Both the position numbers and the translations under genes were made by a program. Of a stretch of 64,000 nucleotides of DNA, positions 58,682 to 64,000 are shown one piece after another; within the stretch, counting starts at the first letter, position 1; each line of letters starts with the position of its first letter. The notes below the pieces were generated by a model. That model ran no database searches. It saw nothing but the letters and a program-made list of their open reading frames with translations, and was not told the DNA's origin. The stretch is from a virus. Location of the stretch: the UHGV virus genome UHGV-0171999. One strand, 5' to 3'.

Positions 58682-58741
58682 TGACAAATGAACAAGCTTT
58701 TAAGTTAAGAGAATTAATTGAAACTTTAATTGGTGAATAAT

Positions 58742-59008
58742 GTGAGCTTTCCGAAATTAGAAGTAGGTGATTTAGTCTTAACAAAATTGTGGAATGATAC
58801 TCAATCAGTAGAAATCTGCCAATATCGTGGAGCAACAGGTAATTTGATGTACACGATTTATAATCCAGAAATTTTGTTAGAGTGTCATTTGGAACGCTTT
58901 ATAAAAGATACTGATAGTATGCCTTATAGTGTATCGATTGTACGTAAATCTAATACGAAGGAATACTCTAAAATTTTAGAACAAATTCATGCCAATAAAA
59001 AGGATTAA
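58742..59008 (+). CDS. hypothetical protein lacking an in-frame ATG (candidate GTG start)
   Basis: ORF-track 58730..59008 starts at TTG; candidate GTG at 58742 with GGTGA RBS; alternatively fused by frameshift to the 19-aa ORF at 58681..58740. Confidence 0.4.
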   Translation: MSFPKLEVGDLVLTKLWNDTQSVEICQYRGATGNLMYTIYNPEILLECHLERFIKDTDSMPYSVSIVRKSNTKEYSKILEQIHANKKD

Positions 59009-59009
59009 T

Positions 59010-59540
59010 ATGAAACGATTAGTATTAGAAGTTAGTCCGCTTTTTGGTGAATTGGCTATAGAAAAAGTAAATAACATGTATCGTTTGACGCAAGAAGACG
59101 ATATGCTATATTTTACGCCTAGTGAAATCATTCATTTAACCCAAATTGAATATCCTTATACCGATAAAATAGTAAGCATTAATGATGAGCATAAAATTCA
59201 TTTTTATTCTTCATGTCCAGGATTTAATATTAAAAGTGAGTCGATGTGTTTATCAGTTATCCATTGGGATAGTTTTATAGATAAGATTAAATATTTTTAT
59301 TATTCTAATGAAAGAAAACATAATTTAAAATGGTTTAAAAATTGCAATGCTATTATTACTAACGCTTGTAATCAAAATTATGAAACTGTTTTAGATGTAT
59401 CAAAATGCTATGAAGAGGGAGATGTCATAACTATTCGTCAATCGGTAAATGATGTTAATGTTGTTGTATTAAACAAAGAAGAAGCTGTTTTATTAAAGAC
59501 TTATCTTGATTCTGTCATTCCAACTATGGTTTCAAAGTGA
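59010..59540 (+). CDS. hypothetical protein, paralog of the following gene
   Basis: 176 aa from ATG at 59010 with AAGGA RBS (ORF-track start 58989); C-terminus resembles the next ORF. Confidence 0.55.
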   Translation: MKRLVLEVSPLFGELAIEKVNNMYRLTQEDDMLYFTPSEIIHLTQIEYPYTDKIVSINDEHKIHFYSSCPGFNIKSESMCLSVIHWDSFIDKIKYFYYSNERKHNLKWFKNCNAIITNACNQNYETVLDVSKCYEEGDVITIRQSVNDVNVVVLNKEEAVLLKTYLDSVIPTMVSK

Positions 59541-59546
59541 GGAAAT

Positions 59547-60068
59547 ATGTTTATTTCAAGTGGAAGCGGTTTAATTCGTGTTGAATTTAAAAATGACATC
59601 TTCCTTATTCAAGGAGATGATATTATTAAAATGAGCTATGATGAAATCAAGAAAATTTGTCATGCTCTTGAAAGTCATGGAAAGGAAAATGCTACTATCG
59701 ATATAGGTGATTTATGGGTGACACTCTATGAAGTATCCGAAGGATTTAACATTGAAGATGAAAACAACATCTTAGCTATTGATAAAAGAAGCGATTTGTT
59801 TGACGTGTTAAAAGTTTATGAACAGTCAAACGATGGAAGAAAAGCTGCATTGATTTATCAAAAACCACATTCATGTGGAACTGCTTCAATCATTTCAGAT
59901 ATTGAAGATGAAACTGATACTTATATGTGTGTTTTAAAAGCTGGTGGTGACCGTCATCCGGATTTTATTTCTATTCGTCAAAACAATGGAGAAATTTCAT
60001 TATCAAAATCAGAAGCTGAAGCTATGATTAAGTATTTAACAACTGTTACACCTTCAATGAAAGGATAA
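59547..60068 (+). CDS. hypothetical protein, paralog of the preceding gene
   Basis: 173 aa; GAGG RBS; C-terminal IRQ...YL..V.P.M motif shared with the preceding ORF. Confidence 0.6.
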   Translation: MFISSGSGLIRVEFKNDIFLIQGDDIIKMSYDEIKKICHALESHGKENATIDIGDLWVTLYEVSEGFNIEDENNILAIDKRSDLFDVLKVYEQSNDGRKAALIYQKPHSCGTASIISDIEDETDTYMCVLKAGGDRHPDFISIRQNNGEISLSKSEAEAMIKYLTTVTPSMKG

Positions 60069-60070
60069 TT

Positions 60071-60532
60071 ATGATTATTAATGAAAGCTCTTGGCACTAT
60101 AAATTATTCAAAATGTTTAACGACGAATGGAAACGACCTAAGACACTGTGCGCGTATTTTTGGTCTATTGTTATCCCTACATTTTTCGTTTCTTTTTTCG
60201 GATGTACTATACTCGCAGGTCTAACTATCATCTGTGCAGAAATCATGCAGAAATGGCTTATTTTTGGTAGTTTATGGACTCTTATTCCAGCAGCATTTAT
60301 ACTTGCCATTTTGCTTGTTTTACTTATTATTGGTTCATTTGTTATTCCTGCACAACTACATGAAAAATATAAAGATTATAAATGGAAAAAGGATTATGCT
60401 TTACATGTAGAAAATATTGATAGGGCGTATAAAGGTTTACCTCCTATTCAACCCAAGAAATCTATTATCATCGAATTTTTAAAAGCGTGTAAAGCTAAAG
60501 TATGTCCTGTTATTGAATATAAGGCTGAATAA
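60071..60532 (+). CDS. membrane protein
   Basis: 153 aa; two long hydrophobic segments; AAGGA RBS. Confidence 0.6.
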   Translation: MIINESSWHYKLFKMFNDEWKRPKTLCAYFWSIVIPTFFVSFFGCTILAGLTIICAEIMQKWLIFGSLWTLIPAAFILAILLVLLIIGSFVIPAQLHEKYKDYKWKKDYALHVENIDRAYKGLPPIQPKKSIIIEFLKACKAKVCPVIEYKAE

Positions 60533-61542
60533 TGAAAACAGTAATGAAAAGTTATTTTGGTAGTCATCTTTATGGAACTTCTACCCCAGAATCTGATGTA
60601 GATTTTAAAGAAATTTTTGTTCCTCCTGCTCGTGATATTCTTATCGGAAATGTTAAAGAGCATATGAGTAAAAACACTAACAACACATCATCTAAAAACA
60701 CTAAAGATGATATTGACCATGAACTATATAGTCTTAAGTATTTCTTTAAATTAGCAGCAGATGGTGAAACTGTAGCATTAGATATGCTCCACACTCCACC
60801 TGCACTAGTGGTTAAATCTGATTTGCCTGATGTGTGGAAGTTTATTCAAGACAACCGTTCTCGTTTTTATACAACTAACATGAAATCCTATTTAGGATAT
60901 GTCCGTAAGCAAGCTTCTAAATATGGCGTTAAGGGTTCTCGTTTGGCTGCATTACGTGATGTATTGAAAGTAGTTAATCAAATCCCTGAGCAATGGGTTG
61001 ATTACCAAGAAGATGGTTCTATTAAACAGCGTCGCACTAAAGTTGAAGATATTAAGCATCGTCTTCCAGAGAACGAGTTCTGCGAATGGGTGTTCCATAA
61101 TCATGAGAAAACAGGTCCGCAAACGTTCTATACAGTGTTGGGTCGTAAATATCAGACAACGCTTTCTCTTATTGAGCTTAAGCAGTCACTGAACAAATTA
61201 GATGCTGAATACGGCGAACGTGCTCGTAAGGCCGAAGCTAATGAAGGTATTGACTGGAAAGCTCTGAGCCATGCTTGCCGTGGTGGACTCCAACTATTGG
61301 AAATTTACAAAACTGGTGACTTGGTTTATCCACTCCAAGATGCTCCATTTATTCTCGATGTGAAGTTGGGTAAACACCCATTTAAAACGGTCCAAGAGTT
61401 TTTGGAAGATGTGGTCGATCAAGTAGAAGCAGCATCTACTGAAGCTTCTAAGAACGGTATGCAGCAAAAAGTGGACATGGGTTTCTGGGATGACTTCCTT
61501 GAGAGGGTGTATCTCGAAAACCATCGAAGTTATTATAAATGA
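60532..61542 (+). CDS. nucleotidyltransferase-fold protein (minimal NTase motif)
   Basis: 336 aa; N-terminal GSHLYGTSTPESDVD fits the G[GS]x(9-13)DhD nucleotidyltransferase signature. Confidence 0.6.
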   Translation: MKTVMKSYFGSHLYGTSTPESDVDFKEIFVPPARDILIGNVKEHMSKNTNNTSSKNTKDDIDHELYSLKYFFKLAADGETVALDMLHTPPALVVKSDLPDVWKFIQDNRSRFYTTNMKSYLGYVRKQASKYGVKGSRLAALRDVLKVVNQIPEQWVDYQEDGSIKQRRTKVEDIKHRLPENEFCEWVFHNHEKTGPQTFYTVLGRKYQTTLSLIELKQSLNKLDAEYGERARKAEANEGIDWKALSHACRGGLQLLEIYKTGDLVYPLQDAPFILDVKLGKHPFKTVQEFLEDVVDQVEAASTEASKNGMQQKVDMGFWDDFLERVYLENHRSYYK

Positions 61543-61544
61543 TA

Positions 61545-61568
61545 GGGAGCCTTCGGGCTCCCTTTTTT
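61545..61568 (+). terminator. rho-independent terminator
   Basis: GGGAGCC-TTCG-GGCTCCC hairpin followed by TTTTTT. Confidence 0.7.
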
Positions 61569-61593
61569 ATTTCAAAATTTTTTTCACAAAACA

Positions 61594-61623
61594 GTTTACA
61601 AGCATAAAGCTTTATGGTACTAT
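61594..61623 (+). promoter_or_regulatory. T4-type early promoter
   Basis: -35 GTTTAC at 61594-61599, 18 nt spacer, -10 TACTAT at 61618-61623. Confidence 0.6.
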
Positions 61624-61657
61624 ACAACTATCAACTGATACGGATTTGGAGAATAAA

Positions 61658-62626
61658 ATGAAAACTGTAACTATCAATAAGGGTATCTACTTCGGTAAAG
61701 AAATCTCTGGAACTTTTGAGCTCTTAGGCGAATGGTTCCCAGATAATGCTCCGGTAGATGCACAAGGAGATGGTAAAGTTTTTGTTGAAATTGACGGTAA
61801 ACGTCGCGGTGTTTGGGTTTACAAATCAGATATTTCATATGATGGTGTAAAAGTTGAAGAAGTTAAAGAATCATATGAAGATATGAAAACCCGCATTAAT
61901 AAAAGATTTAATGTTATGGGAATGATGACGAATGGTATTATTAACGGAAACATTCGTTCATTAATTATCTCTGGCGCAGCAGGTATTGGTAAAACGTATT
62001 CTTTAGATAAAGCTTTAAATAAAGCAAATGATATTGGATACATTGAATATAAAAGCATTAATGGTAAAATCTCTGGTATTGGTCTTTATGAGCAGCTTTG
62101 GAATAATCGTGAAGAGAATTCTGTCCTTTTGATTGATGATGTGGATGTTTTTTCTGATATGGACATTCTTAATCTTCTAAAAGCCGCTCTGGACACCGGA
62201 GAGACCCGTAAAGTATGCTGGAGCACTGCATCTTCCTACTTAGAAGAAAAAGGTATTGACCGTGAGTTTGAATTTAAAGGAACGATTGTTTTTATCACAA
62301 ACGTTGACATTGACCGCGAATTAGACCGTGGTACTAAACTTGCTCCACACTTACAAGCATTAGTGTCCCGCTCAGTTTATTTGGATTTGGGTGTTCATAC
62401 TAATGAAGAAATTATGGTCAGGGTTGAAGATGTTATTCTTTCAACTGACATGATGCAAAAGCGCGGTCTTTCTGATGAAGAAACTTATAAAGCATTATCA
62501 TGGATGAAAGTTAATGTAAACCGTTTACGCAATGTTTCACTGCGTACTGCTCTTTATCTTGCTGACTTTATTATGACCGACAAAAACGGTTGGGAAGAAA
62601 TTGCTGAGGTTACTCTTCTGAAATAA
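61658..62626 (+). CDS. AAA+ ATPase-like protein
   Basis: 322 aa from ATG at 61658 with GGAG RBS; Walker A GAAGIGKT and Walker B LLIDDVD; ORF-track start 61490 runs through the terminator and promoter. Confidence 0.6.
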   Translation: MKTVTINKGIYFGKEISGTFELLGEWFPDNAPVDAQGDGKVFVEIDGKRRGVWVYKSDISYDGVKVEEVKESYEDMKTRINKRFNVMGMMTNGIINGNIRSLIISGAAGIGKTYSLDKALNKANDIGYIEYKSINGKISGIGLYEQLWNNREENSVLLIDDVDVFSDMDILNLLKAALDTGETRKVCWSTASSYLEEKGIDREFEFKGTIVFITNVDIDRELDRGTKLAPHLQALVSRSVYLDLGVHTNEEIMVRVEDVILSTDMMQKRGLSDEETYKALSWMKVNVNRLRNVSLRTALYLADFIMTDKNGWEEIAEVTLLK

Positions 62627-62727
62627 TTCATAAGAGGACTTCTATGACAAAAAGGCAGTTCAGAAATAGATTATATGGACTGCCATTAAAAAGATGACTA
62701 GAATTAAACTGGTGAATGGAGGTAGTG

Positions 62728-63030
62728 ATGTTATACTCAAAGGCTCGTGAAATTTACGAAACTAAAATTAAAGAAGCAGTATTTCAGTTCGCAACGACAA
62801 TGCGATGGACAAATGATTGGGAGTATTCAAAAAATCATAAGAAGCCCATGGTGACAAGAAAGGCTCATATGTTAGTGTTAATAGACCGTGAGCAGATTAA
62901 AGCCCGAGAAGCCCTCCAGAATCATAAAAAGGCTGCCTTTGAATGGTTTATGGACCACACTGCTCCTGAGACTAAGAAAGCAGTGAGCGCCTGGTTCAGT
63001 GGAAAAAATTGTGAAAGAAGTTTCTTTTAG
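62728..63030 (+). CDS. hypothetical protein
   Basis: 100 aa from ATG at 62728 with GGAGG RBS (ORF-track start 62716). Confidence 0.5.
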   Translation: MLYSKAREIYETKIKEAVFQFATTMRWTNDWEYSKNHKKPMVTRKAHMLVLIDREQIKAREALQNHKKAAFEWFMDHTAPETKKAVSAWFSGKNCERSFF

Positions 63031-63032
63031 TG

Positions 63033-63062
63033 GTTTACAAGACTGTTCCTCTGTGGTACTAT
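63033..63062 (+). promoter_or_regulatory. T4-type early promoter inside a stem-loop
   Basis: -35 GTTTAC at 63033-63038, -10 TACTAT at 63057-63062; CTGTTCCTC at 63044-63052 pairs with GAGGAACAG at 63070-63078 (RBS in 3' arm). Confidence 0.6.
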
Positions 63063-63090
63063 ACAACTATCAACTACGGAGGAACAGAAA

Positions 63091-63618
63091 ATGAACGCTA
63101 AAGATATTTTCAACTTGGTAAATTACAACGATGGTAAATTTAAATCTGAAGCACAAAGCAAGTTCTTTAATGACATCTCAATCGGAGGTGAAATCACTGT
63201 TGATGGAGGACAAATTTACAAATCACGTTGGAATTGGATCGTTATTATCGATGAGATTGGTATTGTAGAAATTTACAAGAATACGAATAAAAATCGTACA
63301 TTACACTGGTCTCGTGATACTAACGAACAGTATAAAAAGGATAAAGCATCTAAATTATCTCGTGTAACTCAAGAAGATATTGAGTTCATCAAGAAAGATA
63401 TTTTAATGTATGATAACTTAATTGCTGAAGAGCAAGCTGTTATTGATAAATTTGATGAGATTAAAGCTTCTCGTGAAATTCCTGATTTTATGAAAGAATC
63501 AGTAAATGAACGATACACTCTCATTTCAGAGCGTATTGAAACTTACAAAAAGCAAAGAGCTGAACGCCAAAATACTCTTCGGAAGTTTGAAGAACGGTTA
63601 AAGACGGTACTCGCATAA
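63091..63618 (+). CDS. hypothetical protein
   Basis: 175 aa; GGAGG RBS. Confidence 0.55.
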   Translation: MNAKDIFNLVNYNDGKFKSEAQSKFFNDISIGGEITVDGGQIYKSRWNWIVIIDEIGIVEIYKNTNKNRTLHWSRDTNEQYKKDKASKLSRVTQEDIEFIKKDILMYDNLIAEEQAVIDKFDEIKASREIPDFMKESVNERYTLISERIETYKKQRAERQNTLRKFEERLKTVLA

Positions 63619-63673
63619 CCGCTTTATACCAAGGATGGTATAATGGTTCTAAGCCCTTTTAATTGAGATTATT

Positions 63674-64000
63674 ATGAAACAGTTGATAATTAAAAGATTG
63701 AATTTATTGATATGTTGTTTATGTGTAGTAGTTGCATATGGTTATTACGCAATTAATGATTATATGCACTATAAAGATTATGATGTTACTGTAGTTAATA
63801 CTATTACAGGAACACAAGGAAAGGGGTCTAGTTTATCGTTTATTGCCGTATATGAACTTAAAGACGATTATAGATTTAGTGAATATATTTCCCCAGAGAT
63901 GTATTCTTCAATAGAAAAAGGTGATAATATTACTGTAAGTTTACGTCCTTTCGACGTAAAACAGACACTGTTTGATAATATTGTTTGGTTCTTTGGAATG
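63674..64000 (+). CDS. membrane-anchored hypothetical protein, 5' part (continues past window end)
   Basis: ATG at 63674; N-terminal hydrophobic segment LNLLICCLCVVVAYGYYAI; frame open to the window end. Confidence 0.4.
   Translation, partial: MKQLIIKRLNLLICCLCVVVAYGYYAINDYMHYKDYDVTVVNTITGTQGKGSSLSFIAVYELKDDYRFSEYISPEMYSSIEKGDNITVSLRPFDVKQTLFDNIVWFFGM

Noticed and set aside
61490-61657. Long N-terminal extension of the AAA+ ATPase ORF in the six-frame track
   Set aside because: The extension starts at a non-ATG codon and reads through a terminator hairpin and an early promoter; the ATG at 61658 with a GGAG RBS is the credible start

Overview
This window is a T4-like (Tevenvirinae-type) phage genome segment, reverse-complemented relative to the usual T4 map. 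Positions 1-39795 carry the late structural block, mostly on the minus strand: baseplate hub 27(partial)/51, the divergent 26/25/uvsY unit, uvsW, then head genes 24-20, tail tube and sheath 19/18, terminase 17/16, neck 15-13, wac, and baseplate genes 12-5 and 53. Two free-standing homing endonuclease genes (one HNH, one GIY-YIG) flank uvsW, and hoc/inh/rnlB sit on the plus strand. Positions 39843-64000 are a plus-strand early/middle region: 4, 2, 3, 1, 57A, 57B (Acb1), ipI, a compact 5-tRNA cluster, small membrane-protein paralogs, nudE, e (lysozyme), denV, ipII/ipIII, the vs.x block, regB, vs, tk, rI, and a run of hypothetical ORFs including a nucleotidyltransferase-fold protein and an AAA+ ATPase. 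Protein lengths match T4 for nearly all structural genes, but the lysozyme C-terminus and several accessory genes differ, so this is a T4 relative rather than T4 itself. I found no single obviously new multi-gene system. The most notable observations are a 1-nt frameshift in ipI, an HNH endonuclease without an ATG start between uvsW and uvsW.1, an extra capsid-targeting-signal gene between e and denV, a GrcA-like gene with a host-like GC-rich 3' half, a tRNA-like gene with a defective acceptor stem, and early promoters embedded in stem-loops. All homology calls are from reading the sequence and memory of T4 proteins; no database search was run.
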